From an uncultured Methanospirillum sp. (GTDB lineage Archaea; Halobacteriota; Methanomicrobia; Methanomicrobiales; Methanospirillaceae): a DNA stretch of 39,751 bases. The notes below the pieces were generated by a model. It was not told the DNA's origin. It did no database searches and saw only the letters and a program-made list of their open reading frames with translations. Where the stretch lies: assembly GCA_964637135.1 (NCBI GenBank), contig CAZWTX010000024.1, forward strand, positions 1 to 39,751, written 5' to 3'. Positions 16,508-26,993 of the stretch are shown in pieces. Position 1 is the stretch's first letter. Each line of letters starts with the position of its first letter. Both the position numbers and the translations under genes were made by a program.

Positions 16508-19154
16508 CAGCCCTTTTTTTGAGATCGCTCAGGATCGTAAGGGCCTGAAGTGGTGTCATCGCGTCGGTGTCCAGTGACGCTATCTCGGTAAGAAGGGGAT
16601 CAGGATCAGAGGAACCCGTACTGTCAAGAAGAATCATCTGGGTGTACCGTTTCACCCCCCCGCCGGGAGTCTCCTCACCGGTCAGGATCCGCTTCATCAG
16701 GTCACCGGCCCGTTTCACGACAGCATCAGGTACACCTGCCAGCCGTGCCACATGGATTCCGTAACTCCGGTCGGTTGCGCCTGGTACCAGCCTGCGAAGG
16801 AACACGACATCCCTGTCTGATTCACTGACCGCGAAATGGCAGTTTTTCACCCGTTTCAGTTCATTTTCTATCCCGACAATCTCATGAAAATGGGTAGCAA
16901 AAAGGGTACGCGGCCCTTTCGTCCGTTTTCCATGCAACTCCTCCAGGCAGGCTTTTGCAATGCAGTACCCGTCAAGGGTGCTGGTTCCACGGCCAATTTC
17001 GTCAAGAATAACCAGGCTCTGTTCGGTCGCGTGGTTCAGGATCGTCGCAAGCTCGGTCATCTCGACCATGAACGTGCTCTGCCCTGAGGCGAGGTCATCA
17101 AATGCCCCGACCCGGGTAAAGATGCGATCCACCACCCCGATCTTAGCGTAGGTAGCCGGTACAAAGGAACCCATCTGTGCCATCACGATGATCAGTGCCA
17201 CACTGCGCATGTACGTTGACTTACCGGCCATGTTGGCACCGGTGATGATCAGGATCTGGTCGTGGTCTGCGGATAGTTCGGCGTCGTTCGGGACAAAACC
17301 TCCCTGAACCGATGTTTCCACGACCGGGTGACGTCCTTCCCTGATGAGAATTCCGGGGCTTTTTGTCAGGACCGGCCTGACATATCCGTGTTTAAGAGCC
17401 ACCTCTGCAAGTGCGGCGTAGAGATCGATCTCCCCGATCGCACGCGCCGTCTCCTGAAGAACCGGCACGGAGGATTGAAGAGAGGTGAGCAGTTCAGAAT
17501 ACAGCTCTTCCTCAAGCGTCTGGAGTCGTTCATCAGCAGTGGCGATCTGGGATTCAACCTCCCGAAGGACAGGGATCGTGAACCGTTCCGCATTCGCGGT
17601 TGTCTGACGCCGCTCATATTCAGAGGGAACAAGTCCCAGGTTGGCCCGGGTGACCTCAATGTAGTAGCCGAAGACGGCATTATACCGGATCTTGAGCGAT
17701 TTTATCCCGGTCTTCTCCTTCTCTTTCTGCTCGAGATCTGCAATCCACTGCCTGCCGTCCCGGGCAACAACCCTGAGTTGATCGAGTTCGGCATGGTACC
17801 CTTCCCTGATGACCCCCCCTTTCCTGATAAGTGCCGGAGGATCTTCCACGATCGCCAGCCGGATCCGGGCTTCCAACGCATCGAGATCACCAATCATTTC
17901 CCCTGCAGCGAAGAGTTCTGCAGGGAGCATACACCCTGAAAAAAGATTCTTCTTGAGAATGGTGGCGGCATCGATCGCATCGCAGAGAGTGATGAGATCG
18001 CGGGGACTGGCATTACGGTAACTGATTCTCCCGGCGATACGCTCAAGATCCGGGAACCGGTGGAGAGCCGAGAGTACCTTCATCCGTATCTCCGCGGACC
18101 CGGAAAAGAAGGAGACGACATCAAGCCGCCCGTCTATCGCCGCCGGATCCCTGAGCGGGGCGGAAATTCGATGCCTGATGAGCCTTCTTCCCATAGGTGT
18201 CCTGGTGAGATCGAGTGTCCTGACCAGGGTACCCTCTTCGGAGCGATCCCTGATGTTCTGAACGATCTCCAGGTTACGGAGGGTTACCGCATCAAGAGCC
18301 ATCAGTTCTGATGTCGGGGATGAAAACCCGCTGATGTGGGTGAGGGGATCAAACTGGGTTTTCTGGGCATAGGAGAGGGCTGCACCTGCGGCACCGATCG
18401 CAACCGGTGCAAGGCCATCAAGACCGGTATCATCCCGGTTACCGCCAAACTGGGAGATAAGTAGGTTTTTCGCCTGAACGGCGTCGAAGGTCGCCGGATC
18501 CCCAGGCGATATCAGGGGGACCAGGCGGGAGAGATAGCCGGGAATATCCCCGGCCGACCCGTCCGGGACGACGCATTCCGCAGGCCTGAACCTGGCAACC
18601 GCCGACCGGATCGCCTCCGGCCCGTCAGTTACCGGGACTGCCATGACCTGGAAGTCCCCCGTTGAGATCTCAAGGAATGCAAGCCCGGCTGACGTTCCAT
18701 CCGGATCCAGGCAGGCTGCCATGAGGTACCGGGCCCCTTCCGTCGGAAGAAGGGCGGCATCTATCACCGTTCCGGGCGTCACCACCCTGATAACCTCCCT
18801 CTTCACGATTCCTTTCGCTTTCTTCGGGTCCTCAACCTGTTCACAGATAGCCACCTTGTATCCCTTCGTGATCATCCGGGAGAGGTACCCGTCAAGGGCA
18901 TGGTATGGAATACCGGCAAGGGGGATATCCTGTCCGTCAGGCATCCTGCCGCGGGAGGTCAGGGTGATGTCAAGTTCGCGTGCGCAAATCTCGGCATCTC
19001 CACAGAATGTCTCGTAGAAGTCTCCCATCCGGAAGAAGATGACGCAGTCCGGGTACTGACGCTTTGCATCATAGAACTGTTTCATTGCCGGGGTCACCCG
19101 TCCGGATTTCTCCGGTGCCATGGTAATCTCTTCCTGGGGGGGATCCTGACTCAT
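16491..19154 (-). CDS. mutS: DNA mismatch repair protein MutS
   Basis: TPAMKQF, FRMGDFYE, ITGANMAGKST, STFMVEM, DEIGRGTST, SYGIHVA. Start ATG 19154 or 19121. Confidence 0.97.
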   Translation of the reverse strand: MSQDPPQEEITMAPEKSGRVTPAMKQFYDAKRQYPDCVIFFRMGDFYETFCGDAEICARELDITLTSRGRMPDGQDIPLAGIPYHALDGYLSRMITKGYKVAICEQVEDPKKAKGIVKREVIRVVTPGTVIDAALLPTEGARYLMAACLDPDGTSAGLAFLEISTGDFQVMAVPVTDGPEAIRSAVARFRPAECVVPDGSAGDIPGYLSRLVPLISPGDPATFDAVQAKNLLISQFGGNRDDTGLDGLAPVAIGAAGAALSYAQKTQFDPLTHISGFSSPTSELMALDAVTLRNLEIVQNIRDRSEEGTLVRTLDLTRTPMGRRLIRHRISAPLRDPAAIDGRLDVVSFFSGSAEIRMKVLSALHRFPDLERIAGRISYRNASPRDLITLCDAIDAATILKKNLFSGCMLPAELFAAGEMIGDLDALEARIRLAIVEDPPALIRKGGVIREGYHAELDQLRVVARDGRQWIADLEQKEKEKTGIKSLKIRYNAVFGYYIEVTRANLGLVPSEYERRQTTANAERFTIPVLREVESQIATADERLQTLEEELYSELLTSLQSSVPVLQETARAIGEIDLYAALAEVALKHGYVRPVLTKSPGILIREGRHPVVETSVQGGFVPNDAELSADHDQILIITGANMAGKSTYMRSVALIIVMAQMGSFVPATYAKIGVVDRIFTRVGAFDDLASGQSTFMVEMTELATILNHATEQSLVILDEIGRGTSTLDGYCIAKACLEELHGKRTKGPRTLFATHFHEIVGIENELKRVKNCHFAVSESDRDVVFLRRLVPGATDRSYGIHVARLAGVPDAVVKRAGDLMKRILTGEETPGGGVKRYTQMILLDSTGSSDPDPLLTEIASLDTDAMTPLQALTILSDLKKRAGERNA

Positions 19155-19261
19155 GATACCAAGGAGGTTGATCACGACTCCCAAAAAAAGGTCTGACCTG
19201 CCTGTTGCAACGCAGAACGACCGGCAGGATTTCACTTAAACCAAAGAATATCCGCGGATTT

Positions 19262-19275
19262 GTGAAAGATATAAA
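19262..19275 (+). promoter_or_regulatory. BRE/TATA promoter for the arg operon
   Basis: GTGAAA-GATATAAA ends about 25 nt upstream of the argC ATG. Confidence 0.5.
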
Positions 19276-19299
19276 CACCATCAGACCAGACATCTTTTT

Positions 19300-20286
19300 A
19301 TGAAAGCTGCCATCATCGGAGCATCCGGGTATGCAGGAGGCGAGCTGCTCCGGCTGCTCGCAGCCCATCCCCGTAGCGCTGCCGTTATCGCAACATCCCG
19401 GCAGTTCGCGGGAAAACCGGTGACCAGCCGGCATCCCCATCTGACCGGATTCTGCGATCTCACCTTCGAAAATCCTGAAATATCTTCCCTCGACGTGGAT
19501 ATCGCCTTCCTCGCGGTTCCCCATACCGCGGCAATGTCATATGCCCCTGAATTGATCGGGCGCGGTATCAGGGTTGTGGATCTCTCAGCAGATTACCGGC
19601 TCCCGAAACCAGTCTTCGAGGAGGTCTATGGGACTGACCACACGGCATGGATGGAGGTTCCGTACGGCCTGTGCGAACTCCACCGGGAAGCATGCAAAAA
19701 GGCTTCATTCATATCAAATCCGGGATGTTTCCCGACCGGAGCCACCCTGGCAGCTGCTCCGGTTGCACGGCGTGCCCGGACGATCATCTATGATTCAAAG
19801 ACCGGCGTCTCGGGAGCAGGCGACAATCCGTCAGACACTACCCATTATCCGAATGTCGGTGATAACCTGACCGCGTATAAATGGACCCGCCACCGTCACC
19901 TCGCAGAGATGCGGCAGGAGATGGCCTTTCTTGGTTCACCGGCACGATGCCATTTTACCCCGCATCTTCTGCCGGTCAACCGGGGGATTCTCACCACTGC
20001 CCACATCCTCCTTGACGAGCCCATGGACCAGGAGGAGGCAGAGGCATTATACCGGGAATATTACCGGAATGAGCCGTTCATCAGGTACCAGCGTCCCTCC
20101 CTGAACACCGTGAGGGGATCGAACTTCTGCGATGTCATGGTAGAAGTCTTCGAGGACCGGCTCGTTGCGGTCTCGGCGATAGACAACCTGGTAAAAGGGG
20201 CCAGCGGACAGGCAATCCAGAACATGAACCTGATGTACGGGTACCCTGAGACAGAGGGCCTGTACAGTCCCGGGATACTCCCGTAG
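19300..20286 (+). CDS. argC: N-acetyl-gamma-glutamyl-phosphate reductase
   Basis: [48 protein letters not shown]. Confidence 0.97.
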   Translation: MKAAIIGASGYAGGELLRLLAAHPRSAAVIATSRQFAGKPVTSRHPHLTGFCDLTFENPEISSLDVDIAFLAVPHTAAMSYAPELIGRGIRVVDLSADYRLPKPVFEEVYGTDHTAWMEVPYGLCELHREACKKASFISNPGCFPTGATLAAAPVARRARTIIYDSKTGVSGAGDNPSDTTHYPNVGDNLTAYKWTRHRHLAEMRQEMAFLGSPARCHFTPHLLPVNRGILTTAHILLDEPMDQEEAEALYREYYRNEPFIRYQRPSLNTVRGSNFCDVMVEVFEDRLVAVSAIDNLVKGASGQAIQNMNLMYGYPETEGLYSPGILP

Positions 20287-20295
20287 GAGAAATAA

Positions 20296-20775
20296 ATGAA
20301 GATTCAGGAAGCAATGAGCAGTGACCCGATCACCTGCCGTGTCTCGGATACCATCTCCAGCGTCGCCGGTATCATGAGAAAGAGCAGGGTTGGAGGGATT
20401 CCGGTGATGGATGGATCAAAAATTGCCGGAATGGTAACCGAGACAGATATCCTTCGTCTCCTCATGACCAAGGGACCCTCGGATGATCTCTGGCTTCCCT
20501 CTCCCCTTGAGTTCATCGAACTTCCGATTCGGGAACTGATCAGCTGGGAACACACTCGCGAAGCCCTGACAGACATCGGAAGCAGGCCAATCAGCGAGAT
20601 CATGTCTCAGCCGGTCATCACCATCGGCCCTGATGAAGACGTGGAGGATGCAGCAAGACTGATGCTTGATAAGAAGATCAACCGGCTCTGTGTAGTCAGA
20701 AACGGATCCCTCATCGGTATCGTGACCCGGCAGGACATCGTATGGGGTGTTGCCGGGGGAACGGCGGGTGAATAG
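20296..20775 (+). CDS. Tandem CBS-domain protein
   Basis: Two CBS repeats ([25 protein letters not shown]) with a [12 protein letters not shown] insert. Confidence 0.92.
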   Translation: MKIQEAMSSDPITCRVSDTISSVAGIMRKSRVGGIPVMDGSKIAGMVTETDILRLLMTKGPSDDLWLPSPLEFIELPIRELISWEHTREALTDIGSRPISEIMSQPVITIGPDEDVEDAARLMLDKKINRLCVVRNGSLIGIVTRQDIVWGVAGGTAGE

Positions 20776-20776
20776 G

Positions 20777-21928
20777 ATGCAGTCAATATGTGCCGTTGAT
20801 GGTGTCAGTGCAGCAGGAATAAAGGAGAAGAAATACGGACTGGCGCTGATCCGGGCAGAAGGGACCGCTGCGGCAGCTTTCACGAAAAATCTGGCCCGTG
20901 CTGCACCAATCATCCTCATGGAAGAACAGATTAAGCGGGGATCCCTCTCAGCCATCATCACGAACAGTGGTTGTGCCAATGCGCTCACCGGACAGCGGGG
21001 AATAGCCGATGCCCGGGAAATGGCAACGATTGCCGGAGAATATCTCAACCTTGATCCTGAATCGGTTGGTGTTGCAAGCACCGGTGTTATCAGCCGGTAC
21101 CTCAACCTCCCGCTCATCAGGGATCAGTGCAACCGGATCGCACCACTCCTTGAAAGAAGCCCCGAGGCAGAGATCGCTGCGGCGAAAGCCATCATGACTA
21201 CCGATCTTATCGAGAAACATGCCCTTGTTGAACGGGAAGAGTTCGTAATCGGTGGGATATGCAAGGGATCCGGAATGATTGCCCCAAATATGGGCACAAT
21301 GCTCGGGTATGTCTATACCGATGCGGAGATCAGTGCATCCGATCTCAGGGTCGCCCTGAAGAGCGCCGTGAAACGGAGTTTCAACCGGGTTGTCGTAGAT
21401 GGTGACACGAGTACCAATGATGTCGTCTTCTGTACTGCCACCGGAACAGCAGGAAAGGTCAGTATGGCAGAGTTCTCGGCTGCACTGGAAGAGTGCTGCG
21501 TGAAACTCGGACGGCAGATCGCCAAGGACGGCGAAGGTGCCACCAAGCTGATCGAGGTACTTGTCAGGAATGCCCGGACCGAGGATGAGGCCGAGATGGT
21601 TGCACGGACCATCATCGGATCACCGCTCGTGAAAACGGCGGTGTATGGAGAGGATCCAAACTGGGGCCGGATCGTTGCGGCAGCCGGCAGATCGGGAGCG
21701 GTGATTGATCCCGAAGCGATCTCCTGCTGGATAGCAAACGCAGATATCAGGGCACTGGTGTGTGAACAGGGGATCATCACTGAAGATCTCACTAAGGCGA
21801 AGGCGGCACTCCAGGGAAACGAGGTCAGGATAGAACTCGATCTTGCCTGCGGAAAAGAGAAAGCGGTTGCATGGGGATGTGACCTGACAGAGAAGTATGT
21901 CGAGATCAACGGGAGGTACACCACATGA
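20777..21928 (+). CDS. argJ: Ornithine acetyltransferase / N-acetylglutamate synthase
   Basis: [57 protein letters not shown]. Confidence 0.97.
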   Translation: MQSICAVDGVSAAGIKEKKYGLALIRAEGTAAAAFTKNLARAAPIILMEEQIKRGSLSAIITNSGCANALTGQRGIADAREMATIAGEYLNLDPESVGVASTGVISRYLNLPLIRDQCNRIAPLLERSPEAEIAAAKAIMTTDLIEKHALVEREEFVIGGICKGSGMIAPNMGTMLGYVYTDAEISASDLRVALKSAVKRSFNRVVVDGDTSTNDVVFCTATGTAGKVSMAEFSAALEECCVKLGRQIAKDGEGATKLIEVLVRNARTEDEAEMVARTIIGSPLVKTAVYGEDPNWGRIVAAAGRSGAVIDPEAISCWIANADIRALVCEQGIITEDLTKAKAALQGNEVRIELDLACGKEKAVAWGCDLTEKYVEINGRYTT

Positions 21929-22806
21929 AACGGGAAGATGTCCTCATGGAGGCGCTTCCCTACATACAGAAATTCCATGGAAAAACGATGGTGATCAAGC
22001 TCGGGGGTCACGCCATGGTCGACACCGGCATCATGGACACCGTGGTCAGAGATGTGGTGCTCCTCCAGCTCATCGGGATCCGCGTTGTCATGGTCCACGG
22101 GGGCGGTCCCGAGATCACCGAGAAGATGAAGGCTCTCGGAAAAGAACCGAAGTTCGTGGGCGGCCTCCGGATAACCGATGATGAGACACTTGAAGTTGCC
22201 CAGATGGTTCTCGTCGGAAAGATCAACTCGAAGATTGTCTCGCTGGTCTCCAAGGCAGGCGGAAGAGCAGTGGGAATCTCAGGAAATGACGCGAACCTCA
22301 TCATCGCCAGGAAGATGAACCGGCAGAAGGTTACCGTCGAGGATCATGTCGAGGAGGTGGATCTCGGTCATGTCGGTGAGATCGAAGAGATCAGGCCTGA
22401 TGTGCTGAACACGCTTCTTGACAACAACTTCATTCCGGTCATCTCTCCCCTTGCTATCGACCGGCATGGGAACGATCTCAACATCAACGCCGATACTGCA
22501 GCAGGGGAAATTGCAATCGCCCTGAAAGCCTGTAAACTACTGAGCATGACCGACGTGGACGGGATCATGGACACGGCACGAACACGGGTATACCGGCGGA
22601 TAACCTCAAAAGAGGCGGAAAAGTTGATCCGTGACGGGACGGTATCAGAGGGAATGATTCCCAAGGTTCAGGCAGTCCTGCGGGCACTGGAAGGCGGGGT
22701 CGAGTACTCCCATATCATCAACGGAAACCTTGCCCACAACCTTATCCTCGAACTTTTCACTGCTGAAGGAGTCGGTACCATGATCAGCGACCGGGAAAAC
22801 GTATGA
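21925..22806 (+). CDS. argB: Acetylglutamate kinase
   Basis: [37 protein letters not shown]. Confidence 0.97.
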   Translation: MKREDVLMEALPYIQKFHGKTMVIKLGGHAMVDTGIMDTVVRDVVLLQLIGIRVVMVHGGGPEITEKMKALGKEPKFVGGLRITDDETLEVAQMVLVGKINSKIVSLVSKAGGRAVGISGNDANLIIARKMNRQKVTVEDHVEEVDLGHVGEIEEIRPDVLNTLLDNNFIPVISPLAIDRHGNDLNINADTAAGEIAIALKACKLLSMTDVDGIMDTARTRVYRRITSKEAEKLIRDGTVSEGMIPKVQAVLRALEGGVEYSHIINGNLAHNLILELFTAEGVGTMISDRENV

Positions 22807-23987
22807 CCGGCAAAAGACGAAAAACCCTGATAGGGATGGTCATCCTTCTCACCATCTTCTTCCTTGCCGGAACCACATCAGCCACAGTCTTTCTAAAAAA
22901 CGGATCAGAAATCGGGTCAGATGATCCCTTCCCGGTCATTTTTGCGGACCCTGCATTCCGGGATGCAAACCAATCGATACAGTTCTTTACAAACACCCAC
23001 TGTGGCGCCTGCCATGGGGCTGCAGAATTCCTTACTAATTACTCAGCTGCCCACCCTGAGATCAGGGTGGAGGTACATGACCTCTTTGACAACACGGAGA
23101 ACCGGCGCCTCTTCGAGGAGTATAAACTTGCCTTCAACCGGCCGTACGTATCAACCCCGGTGGTTTTCACGAGAAATGTCGGGCTTGAGGGTCAGTATGC
23201 CATCAGGGAGTATTTCGACCGGCTGGTAAAGGCGTCGCCCGGGTCAGGGGGAGAATCCCTCCTCGATCCACTCTTCGGTCTCCCGGAACAGCTCACGGGA
23301 GGAGAAGGGGCCGGGAGTTCAATCAGTATCCCTCTGATCATCGGTGCCGGGCTCCTCGATGGGATTAATCCATGTGCGTTTTCAGTCCTGGTTTTCCTGC
23401 TGATCTACCTGTTGTCCATCTCGAACAAGAGAAGAATGCTCCTTGCAGGACTGGTATATACCACTGCAGTATTCTTCTTTTACTACCTCTCCGGGGTCGG
23501 CCTTTTTACGATCATTCAGACTACCGGGGTAGTGACCGCGTTCTCTGTCTTTGCCGGTTGTGTGGCCCTTCTTGCCGGAATGATCATGATAAAGGATGCC
23601 CTGATACCGGGGGCCGGACCCACCCTTGGAATCCCTGAATCCAGAAAAGAGGTCATAAACCGGTATATCGAAAAGACGACAATCCCGGCGGCATTTATTC
23701 TCGGGTTGCTTGTTGGAATGTTCGAACTACCCTGTACCGGGGGAATCTACCTTGCCATCATATCGATGATATCACTCAGGGTAGAGATGACAGAGGGACT
23801 GCTGTACCTCGTGATATACAACCTGGCCTTCATCCTCCCGCTCCTGATCATCATTGCCCTTGTTTACTTCGGGATGGCCCCGGAGAAGGTGAATGAATGG
23901 CGTGTTGAACAGCGCAAAGCCCTCCGCCTGATTATCGGTCTCATATTGATCGGCTGCGCAGTCCTGATATTTCTCGAAATACTGTAA
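22803..23987 (+). CDS. Exported thioredoxin-like domain fused to a CcdA/DsbD-type membrane domain
   Basis: Signal peptide, CGAC and STP thioredoxin motifs; membrane domain with DGINPCAF and ELPCTGG Cys pair. Confidence 0.82.
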   Translation: MTGKRRKTLIGMVILLTIFFLAGTTSATVFLKNGSEIGSDDPFPVIFADPAFRDANQSIQFFTNTHCGACHGAAEFLTNYSAAHPEIRVEVHDLFDNTENRRLFEEYKLAFNRPYVSTPVVFTRNVGLEGQYAIREYFDRLVKASPGSGGESLLDPLFGLPEQLTGGEGAGSSISIPLIIGAGLLDGINPCAFSVLVFLLIYLLSISNKRRMLLAGLVYTTAVFFFYYLSGVGLFTIIQTTGVVTAFSVFAGCVALLAGMIMIKDALIPGAGPTLGIPESRKEVINRYIEKTTIPAAFILGLLVGMFELPCTGGIYLAIISMISLRVEMTEGLLYLVIYNLAFILPLLIIIALVYFGMAPEKVNEWRVEQRKALRLIIGLILIGCAVLIFLEIL

Positions 23988-24001
23988 CGCAGCGGAGGGA
24001 A

Positions 24002-24271
24002 CTATCCTCTCCGCTGATCCTGAAGATGCTCGCTCATCCGGATCAGGATTGAAAAGATCTCCCTGACCGCAGCGGGGTCCAGCCCGAGATCCCGGGCAAG
24101 CCGGTCCGTCCGGTCAAGTACCTCGTTTCGCCGTGAAGGGTCCCTGACCGGAATCCCGGTCTTCTCCTTTTCTCCCGCTATCCGTGCTGCAACCTCCATC
24201 CTTTTATGGATAATACGGATGATCTCGGTATCAACCTCCTCGATCTCCTCCCGCAGTTCCTTCAGGGACAT
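24002..24271 (-). CDS. aroQ: Chorismate mutase (AroQ class)
   Basis: LKELREEIEEVDTEII..R..IAGEK..PVRDPSR. Confidence 0.88.
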   Translation of the reverse strand: MSLKELREEIEEVDTEIIRIIHKRMEVAARIAGEKEKTGIPVRDPSRRNEVLDRTDRLARDLGLDPAAVREIFSILIRMSEHLQDQRRG

Positions 24272-24491
24272 CTTCACATATATCAGCCCGGATGTGTAAT
24301 GAGCCTGGTTCCCATCGGATATCCCCCTGCACCTGCCCGACCAGCCGGAATGCCACCGGGACCGATATCTATTACATCATCAGGATACCTCTCCATAAAA
24401 ACCCCGAATATTCCTTCATCTGTTTATCACATCGATGATCGGACTGCCAGTCATCGGGAGGATTTAGAGCCTCCGGATCCAACTGATATGT

Positions 24492-25106
24492 ATGCAGATC
24501 TGGGATCAGATCCCTCACCGGGAGCGACGAGACCTCCTGGTAGCCTGGATAGCCCTTTCAGCGGCATTTACCCTGGCCATGATGTGGGGGCACCGGTTCG
24601 ATATTGTCAGTATCATAACATACTTCATCCTCTCCATGTTCACCGCAGGAATTGCCTTCCTGTTACACGAAATGGCTCATAAGTTCACTGCGATGCGGTA
24701 TGGATACTGGGCAGAGTTCCAGATGAACAGTTCCATGCTTGTGGTAGCCGTTGCAATGGCAGCACTCGCCGGTGTCGTCTTCGCCGCACCGGGAGCGACG
24801 ATGATATACGGAAACGCCATCTCCCGTGAGGAGAACGGAAAGATATCCCTCGCCGGCCCGGTGAGCAATCTCATTCTTCTGGTCCCCTTTGCCGCCCTGT
24901 ACGGTGCAGGGATCGCTTCGGGAACCGGTCTTGTTGCGATCCTCGGACTCGTCGGGATCAAGGTAAATGCCATGATCGCCGCATTCAACCTCCTCCCCAT
25001 CGGTCCCCTTGACGGGGCAAAGATCCTCAGCTGGAACCAGGGGATTTTCGCCGGGGTAGCCCTGGTTGCCTTCGGGGTTCTTTTCGGATCCCTCTATTAC
25101 CTGTAA
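24492..25106 (+). CDS. Site-2 (M50) membrane zinc metalloprotease
   Basis: HEMAH, ISLAGPVSN, FNLLPIGPLDGAK. Confidence 0.92.
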   Translation: MQIWDQIPHRERRDLLVAWIALSAAFTLAMMWGHRFDIVSIITYFILSMFTAGIAFLLHEMAHKFTAMRYGYWAEFQMNSSMLVVAVAMAALAGVVFAAPGATMIYGNAISREENGKISLAGPVSNLILLVPFAALYGAGIASGTGLVAILGLVGIKVNAMIAAFNLLPIGPLDGAKILSWNQGIFAGVALVAFGVLFGSLYYL

Positions 25107-25114
25107 TTTTTTTT
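25107..25114 (+). terminator. Oligo-T terminator
   Basis: T8 immediately after the TAA of the M50 gene. Confidence 0.6.
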
Positions 25115-25301
25115 ATCAGGGGAATACGGAATATCGGGAAACGGGGCGGAACCCAGGTACAGATCTCCTCAACGTGAAAACCCGGCATCTTATCTCCTCC
25201 CTGCAGAGGATATCCGGATTCTCGAATACCTCCTGAACGGGAGTGCCACCCCCGGTATTCCACACCATTATCATTCAGGAGGTCAACCAGTATCCGGTTT
25301 C

Positions 25302-26234
25302 ATGGTACTCGAAGAGGAGACTGTATTCCAGGATGTCGAACAGGCGCGTATGTTCGCCTCGCTTCTGAAAAAACTGGGAGTATCCGCGCACGTGAGAACA
25401 AAAAAGGTACTGAACTCAGAGGTGGTACTCACCGGAGAGAGTGCCGCCCTGATCTCATTATGCAGGGATATCTGTTCCCTGCTCACCGCGGATAACATGA
25501 CCGATCAGAAAGAACTCCTCGCCCTTGAGGAGGCTATTGAAAAACTGAACCTGCAGCAGCAGATTCTCGTTGATACCTTCCGGGAATATGATATCGGGGA
25601 TCCGGTTGGCTCATCAGTACTTGACCTCATCACCGGGACCGAATCCCTGATCGAAGGTGCTGACGATGAGTCCGCGAAAGAACTCCTGGATGATATCTAT
25701 CGCGTCCGCCTGCTCCATCTGAACGATCTCGTACAATACGAGGAGGATGCGATTATCCTCACGGGTAAAATTGATCCTGAAAAGGCATTACTCACCATTC
25801 ATGCCGGGGAGATCCCCCTGATCCCTGATGAGATGCTCACCTCGTATAAGATCAGAACATCACTCAGTGCTTCTGACTGGGAGAGTGCAACGGTATCCAT
25901 CGGCCCCGAGATCGTACTTCTCGAAGACCTCACCCCGATAACGGCATTTTTCACCGAGTACCCACAGGAAGAGGATGTCGATCTCCTCTCCCGGATACAG
26001 GTAAAACAGGTGATCGTATCAGAGATCCTCAGGTTGATCGAAGAAGAAGATCATATCACCACAGAAAAAATCTCCATCCATTTTGGGGAATGTGAGATAC
26101 CACCTCCTGATAACACCGGAGACCTCTTTGTCGTTACACACCTCTCCCCGGCATTCATCAGGGATACAATCGATGACCTCAGGCGATCCGGCCTGCTCAG
26201 GGGAAAGGATAACCGGCTCAGGCTCGCTGCCTGA
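25302..26234 (+). CDS. Hypothetical acidic protein with a possible C-terminal winged helix
   Basis: 310-aa ORF filling the space between neighbours; C-terminus FIRDTIDDLRRSGLLRGKDNRLRL. Confidence 0.75.
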   Translation: MVLEEETVFQDVEQARMFASLLKKLGVSAHVRTKKVLNSEVVLTGESAALISLCRDICSLLTADNMTDQKELLALEEAIEKLNLQQQILVDTFREYDIGDPVGSSVLDLITGTESLIEGADDESAKELLDDIYRVRLLHLNDLVQYEEDAIILTGKIDPEKALLTIHAGEIPLIPDEMLTSYKIRTSLSASDWESATVSIGPEIVLLEDLTPITAFFTEYPQEEDVDLLSRIQVKQVIVSEILRLIEEEDHITTEKISIHFGECEIPPPDNTGDLFVVTHLSPAFIRDTIDDLRRSGLLRGKDNRLRLAA

Positions 26235-26831
26235 TCAGACCATCCCGGTCTTTTCTTTTCCCTTCCATTCACCGGAGAGCAGCAACCCGGGGTTGAAGAG
26301 TGCGGTCAGCCTGAAGACGATGTCATCAGCCTTGTCATCATTGGTAATAGTCTGAATCAGATCCTCAAAATCGATCCATACGACATCATCAGTGCCGGCC
26401 ATATACTTCCTGCCGCTCTGACTGAGAAAGCCATCGAGAGATGTTTTGAAGAATCCAATCATGAAATTCGTCTGAATGTGGTTGTCTGACTGGTCAAGAA
26501 ACGTAATTGCATCCCCGGGAACTTCGATGATCCCATACACATCATCCACGACCATTCCGAACCGGGTTCCATCCTTCCCGTGAGGGAGAAAGACAATAAC
26601 CCGCTTTTTTTCAGAATCGCGGTCAAGCGGTATGATCCTCCTGATGTCTATCACCTTCACCACGTCAGAGCGAATCGTGATGACACCAGGAATGTAATCC
26701 GGGGCCCCCGGGAGGGGAATTTTAACCTGATCACTCACGACCTCACGGATGAATGAGACCTTTGATGCATAAATGCCGCTTCCAAGCGAGAAAAGCAGTA
26801 ACCCATGGATATGGTTCTCTTCAGGTGACAT
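26235..26831 (-). CDS. cheW: CheW-like coupling protein
   Basis: LLFSLGSGIYA, IREVV, LPGAPDYIPGVITIRSDVVKVID, FGMVVDDVYGI. Start placed at ATG 26831. Confidence 0.85.
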   Translation of the reverse strand: MSPEENHIHGLLLFSLGSGIYASKVSFIREVVSDQVKIPLPGAPDYIPGVITIRSDVVKVIDIRRIIPLDRDSEKKRVIVFLPHGKDGTRFGMVVDDVYGIIEVPGDAITFLDQSDNHIQTNFMIGFFKTSLDGFLSQSGRKYMAGTDDVVWIDFEDLIQTITNDDKADDIVFRLTALFNPGLLLSGEWKGKEKTGMV

Positions 26832-26993
26832 CGTCTTCACTCTCCCCATCCGATCTGCACCGAATATCCAGCCCCCCGGCTGATACCTATTGTATGCCAT
26901 CCATAAGGATAGGACTTATGGATCTCCCTCATCCTGACCGAAGATATGAAATGGTTCGGCATGAGAGATGAAAGAAGGAAGAACCACCGAATC

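Noticed and set aside
24206..24682. 158-aa Pro-rich ORF spanning the aroQ-M50 intergenic region
   Set aside because: Overlaps two supported genes and has no recognisable domain.
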